64,000 nucleotides of DNA from Bacilli bacterium (lineage in GTDB: Bacteria; Bacillota_I; Bacilli_A; RFN20; CAG-826): contig JAFSOD010000003.1 of assembly GCA_017447165.1 (NCBI GenBank), positions 100,801 to 164,800 of the forward strand. Reading direction: 5' to 3'. The position numbers were made by a program, and so were the translations under genes. How positions within the stretch are numbered: the stretch's first letter is position 1; every line of letters starts with the position of its first letter. The notes under the pieces were generated by a model. The model was not told the origin of the DNA. It searched no databases and was given only the letters and a program-made list of their open reading frames with translations. Positions 38,116 to 47,884 of this stretch are shown here, one piece after another.

Positions 38116-38254
38116 TTTTTCTTTTTTCCTTTTAAAACACATAACGCGATTATCTTATCATAGATAAGTTAAAAAGATATACTACTTTTTATCAAATTGT
38201 TAATTTTATAAATTAATGTGGTCAATATTGGACTGCAAACTATATAATTAAAGA

Positions 38255-39181
38255 ATGAATTTGCCTTTAGAGTATAAAGACCAATTAGAATTCTTATTAG
38301 ATGGATATTCCTTAAAAGAGCTAAAAAGCATAGCGTCTTTAATCATGGTTAACTATAAAAACGGCTCTGGGAAAGGTAATGATTTAATTAACTCTTCTTT
38401 AGCCTCCAAAGTCTATGCGGTATATCGTTTACCTGCCACATTTTCCGCCTTTGGAGATGCATTAGAACACACCTTTGAATTATATAAAGAGAATATTGAT
38501 TCTGTTATCGATGTTGGAGCGGGTTCAGGCTCCGCCTCTTTAGCGGTCCACCACTTACTTCCAAGTGTTAAAAACTATACTCTATTAGAAAGAAATAAGT
38601 TTATGATGGAGATTGGTAAAACCCTTCATAATTTTAACTATATTAATTATGATTTATCTAAAGATAATTTAGATATTAATGGAGATTTAGTTATCTCTAG
38701 TTATGTTCTAAATGAATTAGACCAAAATTCTAGGATAAATGCGATTAATAAAATGTGGAATATGACTAATAAATTAATGGTCATTGTGGAACCAGGAACT
38801 CCAGAAGGATTTCAGCTTATTAGAGAGATAAGAGACTATCTAATTTCTATCGGAGGATATATTGTTTCTCCTTGTCCACACATGAATATCTGTCTTAACA
38901 CTTGGTGTCACTTTTCTACACGTGTATCACGCTCTAAATTACATAAAGATATTAAAGGCGGAGACGCTCCTTATGAGGATGAGAAATACTCATATATTGC
39001 TTTCAGCAAAAGCGAAGTTATTCCTTGTAAAAATAGAATATTAAGGCATCCTCAAATTAATCCCGGTTTTGTCGAATTAGAAGTCTGTACAAAAGATGGA
39101 TTTAAAAAGATAAAATATTCTAAAAAAGATAAAGAATTATTTAAAAAAGCTAGAAAAAGTGACGCCGGAGGTCAAATCTAA
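38255..39181 (+). CDS. Rsm22-like class I SAM-dependent methyltransferase
   Basis: VIDVGAGSGSAS SAM motif and a CPHMNICLNTWCHF Cys cluster. Confidence 0.7.
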   Translation: MNLPLEYKDQLEFLLDGYSLKELKSIASLIMVNYKNGSGKGNDLINSSLASKVYAVYRLPATFSAFGDALEHTFELYKENIDSVIDVGAGSGSASLAVHHLLPSVKNYTLLERNKFMMEIGKTLHNFNYINYDLSKDNLDINGDLVISSYVLNELDQNSRINAINKMWNMTNKLMVIVEPGTPEGFQLIREIRDYLISIGGYIVSPCPHMNICLNTWCHFSTRVSRSKLHKDIKGGDAPYEDEKYSYIAFSKSEVIPCKNRILRHPQINPGFVELEVCTKDGFKKIKYSKKDKELFKKARKSDAGGQI

Positions 39182-39183
39182 TA

Positions 39184-40194
39184 ATGAAAAATTATCGTTT
39201 ATATTTATTTGAATTATTTTTTGCTTTATTAGTTATTTTTGCTCACACCAATTTTCCTAGTGGCGAACTCTATTTTGATTCTTTAGGTAGAACAACAGTC
39301 ATCTTCTTTTTTATTCTTTCTAGTTATTTCTATACAAAAAGACTTAATAAAAATGACTTTTCTTATAAATCAACGATTAAACGATGTTTTAGACTTCTAT
39401 TAATTGCCGGAGCGGTAATTGTGATTTATTGTTCGGTATTAATACCAGTGAATTGGTCTAAGTTAGGAACACCAAAAATTATTACCGAAGGATTTAACTG
39501 GAATAGCTTCCAAGAGTTTTGGAAATCTTATATTCCAAAATTATCATTTTTATGGTTTATCATCGCTTTAACAATTTGTTATTTGCTTTATCCTTTAGTC
39601 TATAAAATCAAATGGTTTAAAGAGAATAAATATTCTATCTTTATTCCTATCGCTATTTTAGTATCAGCCTATATTTACCGAATATTCTGTAATCACTATA
39701 ACTGGGGATTCTTTTCGATTTATCAAATAACTAGAAATTTCTTAATTACAGGCTTACCTTGTTTTCTTATTGGTAGCTATATCTATCATCATGAAGCAAA
39801 TATTAAAAAGATAAACACTTATGTGTTTTGGTTACTATTTATTTTATTAATTGGTACTTCAATGTTAGAAGCGATTTATCACGAGGCAACTAGTAATAAA
39901 CCAAACGAATTCTATTTATCTAGTATTGCTTTAGCGGTGTTAGTTCTTATTTATTGCATCCAAAAACCAGACACTAGATTTGGAGAATGTTGTTACCACT
40001 ACTTAGGATCTACTGGTCCAACTTTCGTTTATCTATTTCACTTATTTTTTGTCTTGTTACTAGGCTCACTATATAACATTAATTGGGGAGTGCTACTAAT
40101 AATCCTTATTGCAGATACATGTGCGTTATTTTTGGGATTAATTTATAATTTATTCAAAGTTAAAATTTTAAAAAGGGGATTTAACAATATATGA
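39184..40194 (+). CDS. Acyltransferase family 3 membrane protein
   Basis: 336 aa, about 10 TM segments, with the conserved N-terminal His (FAHTNF). Confidence 0.7.
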   Translation: MKNYRLYLFELFFALLVIFAHTNFPSGELYFDSLGRTTVIFFFILSSYFYTKRLNKNDFSYKSTIKRCFRLLLIAGAVIVIYCSVLIPVNWSKLGTPKIITEGFNWNSFQEFWKSYIPKLSFLWFIIALTICYLLYPLVYKIKWFKENKYSIFIPIAILVSAYIYRIFCNHYNWGFFSIYQITRNFLITGLPCFLIGSYIYHHEANIKKINTYVFWLLFILLIGTSMLEAIYHEATSNKPNEFYLSSIALAVLVLIYCIQKPDTRFGECCYHYLGSTGPTFVYLFHLFFVLLLGSLYNINWGVLLIILIADTCALFLGLIYNLFKVKILKRGFNNI

Positions 40195-41078
40195 AAGATT
40201 ATGTCATCTTAGTGGATTCTTGCTGTGACTTAGGAAAAGAGTTTAGAGAAAAGCACAATATTGAATATGTGAAAATGCTTCTAAACTGGACTGATGAAAA
40301 AGGTAATGAGCATGAAAATATTGCAGACTTAGACTGGGAGACTCTTTCTGTGAAAGAGTTCTATGACATCATTAGAAGAGGAATAAGATTTTATACTTCT
40401 ATGCCTTCTCAACAAGACTATATGGATTTCTTTGAGAAATATTTTAAGCAAAAGAAAGATGTTTTATATATCGCTTGTAGTTCAGGCTTATCTAACTCCA
40501 TTAATATCGCAAAAAAGTTAGTAGAAACAGAAGTCAAAGAAAAATATCCAAATAACAAAGTCGTTGTTATTGACTCATTAAGAGCGGGTATGGCACTTGG
40601 CCTCATCATCATGGAAGCCCAAAAACTTAAAGATGAAGGTAAATCCATTGAAGAAGTCACTAAATGGGTTGAAGAAAATAAACTTAAATACTTAGAAGTT
40701 GGTATCCCAGAAACTCTTACCTATTTAAAAAGAGCGGGTCGAGTCAGCGGCCCTAAAGCTTTAATGGGTAACATGATTGGCTTAAAGCCAATTCTAGAAT
40801 TTGATGATAAAGGTAGCAATATCGCAGTTAACAAGGCAATTGGTAGAAGAAAAGCCTATATCAAGATGGCCCAGATGATTAAAGATCATATTGATGATCC
40901 AGAGCATCAAGAAATCTATTTAATGCATGCGGACTGCAAAGACGATGATGTTAAAGCCTTTAAAGATGAAATCTTAAAAGCTGTTAAAGTTAAAAATATC
41001 ATTGTTGGACCTCTAGGACCAATCATTGGTGCTTCCTCTGGTCCTGGCACAATTATCGTTAACTATCGCGGAAAATAA
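40191..41078 (+). CDS. DegV family fatty-acid-binding protein (FakB-like)
   Basis: VILVDSCCDL N-terminus and SSGLSNS motif, 295 aa. Confidence 0.88.
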   Translation: MKDYVILVDSCCDLGKEFREKHNIEYVKMLLNWTDEKGNEHENIADLDWETLSVKEFYDIIRRGIRFYTSMPSQQDYMDFFEKYFKQKKDVLYIACSSGLSNSINIAKKLVETEVKEKYPNNKVVVIDSLRAGMALGLIIMEAQKLKDEGKSIEEVTKWVEENKLKYLEVGIPETLTYLKRAGRVSGPKALMGNMIGLKPILEFDDKGSNIAVNKAIGRRKAYIKMAQMIKDHIDDPEHQEIYLMHADCKDDDVKAFKDEILKAVKVKNIIVGPLGPIIGASSGPGTIIVNYRGK

Positions 41079-41155
41079 TAAAATATGCGCATAATATACA
41101 CATTGTTGTTGAATGCGCTTTTTTTATTTGTTACGATGTAACTGAGGCATGATTT

Positions 41156-41428
41156 ATGGCTAAAGTAAACACTAATATTTCTCTTGATCCAAAACTTAAA
41201 AAAGAAGCAGTAGAGTTATTCCATTCCATGGGGTTAGATTTATCCACTGCCATTACTTTGTTTTTGCATCAATCAGTAAGAGAAAGAAAACTGCCATTTG
41301 AGTTATATGAAGTGCCTAATAAAACAACAATAAAAGCAATTAAAGAAGCAGATAAATCAATGAAACATCCAGAAAAATTAAAACGCTATAGTTCTTTCAA
41401 AGAATTATTAAAGGATATTAAAACTTGA
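41156..41428 (+). CDS. dinJ: RelB/DinJ family type II antitoxin
   Basis: NISLDPKLKKEAVELFHSMGLDLSTAITLFLHQSV ribbon-helix-helix N-terminus. Directly followed by a YafQ-type toxin frame. Confidence 0.85.
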   Translation: MAKVNTNISLDPKLKKEAVELFHSMGLDLSTAITLFLHQSVRERKLPFELYEVPNKTTIKAIKEADKSMKHPEKLKRYSSFKELLKDIKT

Positions 41429-41708
41429 AATATGATGTAGTTAGAACTTCACGATTTGTAAAAGATCTTAAAAGAATTATAAAAAAGGCTACGAATTGGA
41501 TGAATTGGATAAAATTGTTGAACTGCTATCTAATGGTTCTGTAATTCCAGAAAAATACAAAGATCATCCTCTTAAAAATAGCGAAGAATTCAAAGATTGT
41601 CGTGAACTTCACATCAAGCCTGATTGGCTACTAGTATATAGATACTATAGTAACGAAGTAATCTTATACTTAATGCGAACAGGAACTCATAGCGATCTCT
41701 TTAAATAA
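41425..41708 (+). pseudogene. yafQ: YafQ/RelE-family toxin gene disrupted by a frameshift in an A6 run
   Basis: TTG 41425 reads (M)KYDVVRTSRFVKDLKRIIKK. After the A6 run (41481-41486) the conserved sequence continues in the +1 frame: GYELDELDKIVELLSNGSVIPEKYKDHPLKNSEEFKDCRELHIKPDWLLVYRYYSNEVILYLMRTGTHSDLFK. The uninterrupted frame stops after about 39 codons. Confidence 0.8.
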
Positions 41709-41740
41709 TATTGATTAATACTGGGTGTGTCATTCGTAAT

Positions 41741-41772
41741 AAAAAAACTTCCATTTAATTGGAAGTTTTTTG
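41741..41772. terminator. Bidirectional terminator between the TA locus and rpsO
   Basis: AAAAAAACTTCCA - tttaat - TGGAAGTTTTTTG. The stem is flanked by A and T runs, so it is usable on both strands. Confidence 0.75.
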
Positions 41773-41786
41773 TTTCGTCTTTCCGA

Positions 41787-42056
41787 TTATTTTCTTAATC
41801 CGAGGCTGACGATGAGTCTTAAATAGGCGTCTCTATCAGTTCTGGCTAAATAATCAAGTAAACTTCTACGTTGTCCGACGAGAATCATTAATCCTCTTTT
41901 ACTAGAAGCATCTTTGTGATTCTTCTTTAAGTGTTCGGTTAACGCTTTGATTTGCTCGGTAAGTAAGGCAACTTGGACTTCAACAGAACCAGTGTCTTTT
42001 TCGTTCTTACCATATTGCTTGACGATTTCCGCTTTTCTTTCTTTTGAAAGGGCCAT
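41787..42056 (-). CDS. rpsO: 30S ribosomal protein S15
   Basis: MALSKERKAEIVKQYG... The first ATG is at 42056, with AGGAGG 9 nt upstream. The ORF-track start at 42062 is a TTG. Confidence 0.95.
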   Translation of the reverse strand: MALSKERKAEIVKQYGKNEKDTGSVEVQVALLTEQIKALTEHLKKNHKDASSKRGLMILVGQRRSLLDYLARTDRDAYLRLIVSLGLRK

Positions 42057-42183
42057 GATCAAGTTCCTCCTTTTTCTTAAATTCTTAACTTAAGCCCGGA
42101 GAATTCGTTGAGGATTCGAAGTCTCTAGAGATAAGTCGCTTGCTATATAATATATTAATTTATTAATAAGTGAAATGATTTTT

Positions 42184-43086
42184 TTATAACTGCAAAGTTT
42201 TCTTAGCGTCTTCACAGTCTTTTAATAGTTGAGCCTTTAATTCATCCATGGAATCAAATCTAAAGATATCTCTCATAAATTTCACAAATTGAACTTCAAT
42301 TTCTCTTCCATATAAATCGCCCTTATAAGAGATAAGGTGAACCTCTATAAGAGGTTTATTAAGCTCCATAATTGTTGGGTGAGTGGATACGGAAATGATG
42401 CATTTATATTTGCTATTCATCAGCTTCACAAATCCCATATAGACTCCAATTTTTGGAAGGACATAAGGATAATCTAAATCTAGATTCGCGGTTGGAAAGC
42501 CAATTTTCATTCCGTTATGATTACCTTCTACTACTAAACCCACGATTGTGTATGGTCTAGATAATAATTTAGAAGCTTCTTCCACATCTCCTAACGAGAC
42601 TAGTTCTCTAATGGTTCTACTAGAAATTTTCTTGCCATCTACGAGTTTTAAAGGAATAACATCAGTATCAAAATACTCTTTTAAGTCTTTTGGAGTGCCA
42701 CTTGCGTATCTACCAAACCTATAATCTTCACCAACCACTAATTTCTTTGGATTAATTGGTTGAAGGATTTGTTCAATAAATTCATTGGCAGAGAACTTTA
42801 ATAGTTCATCAGACATTCTGAGGAAATACATGTATTTCACACCTAGAGATTTTAAGATATTCGCTTTATCAAAAAGCGAAGTAAGCATGTTATCGCTTGG
42901 ATTCTTCTTTAAAGTAAAGCTTGGTGAAATATCAAAAGTCATCACTGCCGCGTTACCAGATTCTACGGCTTTATTAATTAAATCAAGGTGACCGACATGA
43001 ACACCATCAAAATAACCTAGACACAAAGTAATATCAGGATTAGGTTCAATATTTAGATTGTTTACATCGATCTCAATGATTTTCAT
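42184..43086 (-). CDS. ribF: Bifunctional riboflavin kinase / FMN adenylyltransferase
   Basis: LGYFDGVHVGH nucleotidyltransferase motif and the C-terminal riboflavin kinase motif GFPTAN. Confidence 0.93.
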   Translation of the reverse strand: MKIIEIDVNNLNIEPNPDITLCLGYFDGVHVGHLDLINKAVESGNAAVMTFDISPSFTLKKNPSDNMLTSLFDKANILKSLGVKYMYFLRMSDELLKFSANEFIEQILQPINPKKLVVGEDYRFGRYASGTPKDLKEYFDTDVIPLKLVDGKKISSRTIRELVSLGDVEEASKLLSRPYTIVGLVVEGNHNGMKIGFPTANLDLDYPYVLPKIGVYMGFVKLMNSKYKCIISVSTHPTIMELNKPLIEVHLISYKGDLYGREIEVQFVKFMRDIFRFDSMDELKAQLLKDCEDAKKTLQL

Positions 43087-43940
43087 TAAAATAGCCCTCT
43101 AGCGAATTCATATTTATTGTCATTAGTCTTGAGATACATCGCCACTACATTTTTAGATGAATCCACTACTAATAATTTATCACGAGGATAAGTTCCTTCA
43201 AAATGCTTAATTTTGCCGTCTTTTATATCTCTAGTTTTCTTCTCATCAAAGGAGATAACTGAGCAAAATCTAGACAAGACTTCATATGTTGATTTTAGTG
43301 ATAAATCACTAATATCTTCTATTTTACTAGCCTCAGTTACACTAAACGGACCAACTTTAGTTCTTCTTAAAGAGATAAGATGACCCACTGTATCCAATTT
43401 CTTTGCAATATCAGAGCCTAACACTCTTATATATGTTCCTTTTGAAACTAATGCCCTAAAAGTGATTTCATCATTTTTATAATCTAATAATTCAATCTCA
43501 TAGATTTCTATATCTCTAAGTGGTCGATCTATTTCTTTACCTTTATGGGCAAGTTTATATAAGGCTGTTCCATTTATTTTAATTGCGCTGGTCATTGGAG
43601 GAAGTTGTTTACTTTTTCCTAAAAAAGAATTTAAAACTTCTTCTATTTTATCTTTAGATAAATTAGGAACTTCTTTTTTAGATATTTCTTTGCCATCTAT
43701 ATCCATAGAATCAGTTTCTATGCCTAACTTTATAGTAGCAATATATTCTTTATCAAAGTCATCAAAAAATGTTATTCCTTTAGTGGCTTTATTCACTCCT
43801 AGAATTAATAGACCAGTCGCAAACGGATCTAAAGTACCAACATGTCCTACTTTAGAAGTATTAAAAATGTGTTTAATATCTCCATCTGCTTTAGAAGATA
43901 ATTCGTTTACCTTTTTATCCAGAAATATAAATCCATCCAT
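43086..43940 (-). CDS. truB: tRNA pseudouridine(55) synthase
   Basis: MDGFIFLDK...VGHVGTLDPFATGLLIL catalytic Asp motif. The start is uncertain (43940, 43964 or 43973) and none has a clear SD. Confidence 0.9.
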   Translation of the reverse strand: MDGFIFLDKKVNELSSKADGDIKHIFNTSKVGHVGTLDPFATGLLILGVNKATKGITFFDDFDKEYIATIKLGIETDSMDIDGKEISKKEVPNLSKDKIEEVLNSFLGKSKQLPPMTSAIKINGTALYKLAHKGKEIDRPLRDIEIYEIELLDYKNDEITFRALVSKGTYIRVLGSDIAKKLDTVGHLISLRRTKVGPFSVTEASKIEDISDLSLKSTYEVLSRFCSVISFDEKKTRDIKDGKIKHFEGTYPRDKLLVVDSSKNVVAMYLKTNDNKYEFARGLF

Positions 43941-43953
43941 GTGAAATATCATA

Positions 43954-44928
43954 TCATATTTCATCAATATCATTTAGTTTGTTAGCTAAATATTCTGGAA
44001 TTTCTTCTAATATTTTGTATTTAGAAATACCGATTTTAGTTGACAATTTTGATAAAGTTGTTTTGGCAACATATGCATCAGCGTCTTTGCAAAGCAAGAT
44101 TCCTACAGTGTCATTGTCTAATTCAGTTCTTTCTAAATCATCAACCGCATTTACATAAAAGTTGAGTTGACCAATGTCTGCTGGCTGGAATTCATTGATT
44201 TTAACTTCAATAACGACATAAGCATGAATCTTTGTGTGATACATCAATAGATCAATATAAAAGTTTTTGATTGTTGGAGTCACCAACTTATACTCTTTTC
44301 CTACTAAAGCAAACCCGGGCCCTAATTCTTGAAGAAAAGCAATAATGTTGTTCATCAACTTATTCTTAAGTGTTCTTTCGTCCTCCAGATCATTTTTGTT
44401 CAAGAATTGCAAGACCACTATATCTTTTAGAATTTCTTTAATATGTCCATCACTATCAACTTTAATAGGAGATGAAATAGGGTCAATTGTTTGGCGCTGA
44501 AATGCTTTTGATTCAAATTGCTTTAGAACGGTCGTTCGTGACCATTTATTTTTGTGTGTTTGATTAATATACCACAACATTTCTTCTTTGGAAGAAGATT
44601 TGTTCATTATTTCAATAATTGAGCTCCAAGGAATTTGGGGCACAGGCTGTGCCCTAATTTCAGTAATTGTAAACCAATTAGCAAATCGAGACATTCTTTT
44701 TAACTGGTCATAAGAATATCCTTTCCCATATTCTGCAAGATCTATCGATAGCTTCCTTATGTACTTATTCCCCCATTCTTTTCTTTGATTAATAATTGTG
44801 CCAATTTGGTAATAGGTGATAATCATTGCGCTATTCACGACATAAATTGTGTTCGTTTGATTCTTTTTGATTGTTTCTTTAATTGCCATCAAATCTTTGA
44901 AATATGATTTATCTATAATGCCGTTCAT
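43954..44928 (-). CDS. DUF1016 (YhcG-like) PD-(D/E)xK nuclease family protein
   Basis: 324 aa. C-terminal core FYIDLLMYHTKIHAYVVIEVKINEFQPADIGQLNFY (D...E-x-K...GQ). Strong SD AGGAGG. Ends 13 nt before truB. Confidence 0.8.
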   Translation of the reverse strand: MNGIIDKSYFKDLMAIKETIKKNQTNTIYVVNSAMIITYYQIGTIINQRKEWGNKYIRKLSIDLAEYGKGYSYDQLKRMSRFANWFTITEIRAQPVPQIPWSSIIEIMNKSSSKEEMLWYINQTHKNKWSRTTVLKQFESKAFQRQTIDPISSPIKVDSDGHIKEILKDIVVLQFLNKNDLEDERTLKNKLMNNIIAFLQELGPGFALVGKEYKLVTPTIKNFYIDLLMYHTKIHAYVVIEVKINEFQPADIGQLNFYVNAVDDLERTELDNDTVGILLCKDADAYVAKTTLSKLSTKIGISKYKILEEIPEYLANKLNDIDEI

Positions 44929-45164
44929 ATTTATAGCCTCCTATTATATATAGAGGGAGTTTTTTTAAAATTTGTGAAAAAAATTTTTAGACAATGTCCA
45001 GCTTACACAAGCAATTAATCTATTAATTGAATTATAGAAAATATTTTCTTCTTTTGATGGTTTGATTTTGTGGGACAGCCTGTCACATAATTCATATATA
45101 ATATTTTTGCGTATTACTATAGATTACGTTTGTATTACGCTTTATAATAGTAGTAGGTAATAAT

Positions 45165-45419
45165 ATGACATCAATCATTACAGCAAGAGTTAGCAAAGAA
45201 GATAAAGAAAAGTTCGAATTGTTTTGTCAATCGGTTGGCTTAACAGCATCAGCTGCTATTAATATGTTTATCAAAGCTACGATTCGAGAAGGTGAAATTC
45301 CATTTAAAATCAGAACCGATCCGTTTTATAGTAAGGCTAATCAAGAATTACTGCGAAAAAGCATAAAAGAAATGGAAGAAACTGGTGGCACAGTACACGA
45401 AATTGATTTAGACAAATAA
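45165..45419 (+). CDS. Orphan RelB/DinJ family antitoxin (no toxin gene follows)
   Basis: ARVSKEDKEKFELFCQSVGLTASAAINMFIKATI RHH-type N-terminus, 84 aa. The next gene is convergent rbfA. Confidence 0.8.
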   Translation: MTSIITARVSKEDKEKFELFCQSVGLTASAAINMFIKATIREGEIPFKIRTDPFYSKANQELLRKSIKEMEETGGTVHEIDLDK

Positions 45420-45445
45420 AAATGGGATTTATCCCATTTTATTTT
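45419..45445. terminator. Bidirectional terminator shared by the orphan antitoxin gene and rbfA
   Basis: AAAATGGGA - ttta - TCCCATTTT, a 9-bp stem with A and T flanks. It overlaps the rbfA stop codon. Confidence 0.7.
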
Positions 45446-45765
45446 GCTAGTAGCTCAGATATTCTTTCTTCTCTTTTATACCCTTCATCTAAGACAAATC
45501 TTATCTCTGGAACTCTTCTAGTATCTAATTTATGCGCTAGCTCGGTTCTAATAAATCCTTTTGCCTTATTTAATGCAGCTAAAGAAGGTTCGATATCTTC
45601 ATCTTTAAAGAAAGATACATAAACTGTCGCATAAGAGAAGTCTTTAGAGACTCTCACTTCCGGAATTGAGATAAATCCTAAGTGTGGGTCTTTAACCTCA
45701 AATTGAATAATCTCTGCGATGTTTTTTCTAATGATAGAAGCAATGCGTTCTTGTTTATTTGCCAT
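45439..45765 (-). CDS. rbfA: Ribosome-binding factor A
   Basis: 108 aa. RIASIIRKNIAEII and VRVSKDFSYATVYV are typical of RbfA. Confidence 0.93.
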   Translation of the reverse strand: MANKQERIASIIRKNIAEIIQFEVKDPHLGFISIPEVRVSKDFSYATVYVSFFKDEDIEPSLAALNKAKGFIRTELAHKLDTRRVPEIRFVLDEGYKREERISELLAK

Positions 45766-47597
45766 TAGTCAACTTCCACCATTTCATAGCCTTCAACAAT
45801 GTCGCCTTCTTTGATGTCATTAAAGCCATCAATTAATAAGCCACATTCAAAGCCCGCTTTTACTTCTTTAACTTGATCTTTTTCTCTTTGTAAGGAGGCG
45901 AGTTTTCCTTCAAAAACTACAACGCCTTCTCTAAGTAATCTAATTGGTGATTGATTCTTAATCACTCCATCGGTAACCATACAGCCACCGATAGTGCCAA
46001 CTTTAGAAACTTTGAATAATTTTCTAATCTCGGCTTGACCAGTAACTTTCTCTACTAATTCTTTTTTGAGCATACCCTTCATCGCGTCTTGAATCTCTTC
46101 AATTAAGGCATAGATGATGTTGTGGAGTCTAATTTCCACTTTCTCTTCTTCGGCTTTCGCTCTAGTTCTGGCATCTGGTCTCACGTTAAAACCATACACA
46201 ATCGCTTTAGAAGCACTAGCTAATAAGACATCACTTTCAGTGATAGCACCACTAGTTGCTCTAATAACATTAATATTAATCTTATCGCTATTGAGCTTTT
46301 CTAAAGAGGTTTTAACAGCTTCAGCTGAACCAGTAGAATCCGCTTTAATGATGATGTTAATAGTTTGGACATCACCACTATTAGCGAGTTTATATAAGTC
46401 ATCTAAGCTAGCAGCAGATGTCTTATTCTTTTCTTTGGCTTCTTTGAGTTGTTTACGTTTTAAAGCAATCGCACGGGCTTCGCTTTCTTCAGCAAAGGCC
46501 ATGAATCTGTCGCCTGCTTCAGGAACTTCAGCTAAGCCAATAACGGATACAGGAGTAGATGGGGTAGCAACATTTAAAACTTTCTTAAATTCGTTAGTCA
46601 TTCTACGAGCCTTGCCGTAAGAGGTACCAACAACTAAATAGTCACCTTCTTTTAAGGTTCCATTTTGAATTAATAAGGTAGCCTTTGGACCTTCGTTTCT
46701 GTCGAGTTTAGCCTCTAAAACAGTACCTAAAGCGTATCGATCAGGATTGGCCTTAAGTTCTTTCATTTCACTGACTAAAATAATAGTCTCTAAGAGTCCA
46801 TCAATATTAACCTTCTTCTTTGCGGAAATTTCCACACAGATGACGTCTCCACCATATTCTTCAGCCACGATTTCATGTTGCATTAATTCGTTCTTAACAC
46901 GCTCTGGATCAGCCCCTGGTTTATCCATTTTGTTGATCGCAACAATAATAGGAACACCTGCACTTTTAGCGTGATCAATCGCTTCTACAGTTTGAGGCAT
47001 AACCCCGTCATCTGCAGCAACAACTAAAACAACAATATCAGTAACAGAAGCGCCTCTACTTCTCATCGCAGTAAAGGCTTCATGGCCTGGAGTGTCAATA
47101 AAGGTAATTTTGTGTCCATTAATTTCTTTTTGATAAGCACCAATCTCTTGTGAGATTCCACCCACTTCACCAGCGACAAGATTAGAGTTTCTAATCGCAT
47201 CGATTAATGTGGTCTTGCCGTGGTCTACGTGGCCCATAATAGTAACCACTGGTGGACGACCTTTAAGTTTAGAAGGATCATCGTTAATTTCTACTTCTTC
47301 AAAGTTTTCAGCAGCAACGATGTGCTTCTTTTGGAAATCGTAGCCAAATTGTAAACAGACTAAACCGATTAATTCATCGTCTAAGACTGTATTGATGGTC
47401 ACCATTTTCTTCTGCATAAATAAGAACTTAATAATCTCACTTGCAGGAACATTTAATGAATTCGATAATTCATTAACTGAGATAGCGCCGGTATAAACAA
47501 AGACACCACCATTGACTTTGGTTTTGACTTTGTCGGCACTGATTTTAGTGGAAACGTTTGTCTCTCTTTCAAATCTTGCTTTGTTATTTTTTCCCAT
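45765..47597 (-). CDS. infB: Translation initiation factor IF-2
   Basis: G domain [20 protein letters not shown] and NKMD. The ATG at 47597 has GAGG 8 nt upstream. The ORF-track start is the GTG at 47603. Confidence 0.96.
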   Translation of the reverse strand: MGKNNKARFERETNVSTKISADKVKTKVNGGVFVYTGAISVNELSNSLNVPASEIIKFLFMQKKMVTINTVLDDELIGLVCLQFGYDFQKKHIVAAENFEEVEINDDPSKLKGRPPVVTIMGHVDHGKTTLIDAIRNSNLVAGEVGGISQEIGAYQKEINGHKITFIDTPGHEAFTAMRSRGASVTDIVVLVVAADDGVMPQTVEAIDHAKSAGVPIIVAINKMDKPGADPERVKNELMQHEIVAEEYGGDVICVEISAKKKVNIDGLLETIILVSEMKELKANPDRYALGTVLEAKLDRNEGPKATLLIQNGTLKEGDYLVVGTSYGKARRMTNEFKKVLNVATPSTPVSVIGLAEVPEAGDRFMAFAEESEARAIALKRKQLKEAKEKNKTSAASLDDLYKLANSGDVQTINIIIKADSTGSAEAVKTSLEKLNSDKININVIRATSGAITESDVLLASASKAIVYGFNVRPDARTRAKAEEEKVEIRLHNIIYALIEEIQDAMKGMLKKELVEKVTGQAEIRKLFKVSKVGTIGGCMVTDGVIKNQSPIRLLREGVVVFEGKLASLQREKDQVKEVKAGFECGLLIDGFNDIKEGDIVEGYEMVEVD

Positions 47598-47602
47598 ACT
47601 CA

Positions 47603-47872
47603 CTACCTCTTTTCTTTACTTAATGCAGCAACTAACTCCGCAAAGATATCATCTTTAACTTCACATCTAAGAGCCTTGGATAATAGATGTTTATCATGTG
47701 CTAAAGTAATTGCTTTTAAATCTTTGGATATATAAGCACCTCTTCCAGGCATATTTTGAGCTTTATCAAAATAAACTAAGCCGTTATATTTCACGACGCG
47801 ATATAAATCACTTTTTAAATATAATTTACGCGTGGCGATACAAGTACGATAAATCGGTGCATTTTTATTCAT
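47603..47872 (-). CDS. ylxR: YlxR family RNA-binding protein (DUF448)
   Basis: RTCIATRK and GRGAY motifs, between nusA and infB. No L7Ae-like ylxQ gene is present. Confidence 0.88.
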   Translation of the reverse strand: MNKNAPIYRTCIATRKLYLKSDLYRVVKYNGLVYFDKAQNMPGRGAYISKDLKAITLAHDKHLLSKALRCEVKDDIFAELVAALSKEKR

Positions 47873-47884
47873 CTAATTAAATAA

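Noticed and set aside
42063-42183. Possible S15 autoregulatory structure in the rpsO leader (TCTCTAGAGA palindrome, TTCGAA repeats).
   Set aside because: I could not fold a convincing pseudoknot or three-way junction by eye, and I have no consensus for this lineage. It needs covariance analysis.
44929-45164. A 26-aa ORF (MNYVTGCPTKSNHQKKKIFSIIQLID) and a GACAG-c-CTGTC palindrome in the spacer between the DUF1016 gene and the orphan antitoxin.
   Set aside because: The ORF has no SD and no recognisable similarity. The palindrome is only 5+5 bp.
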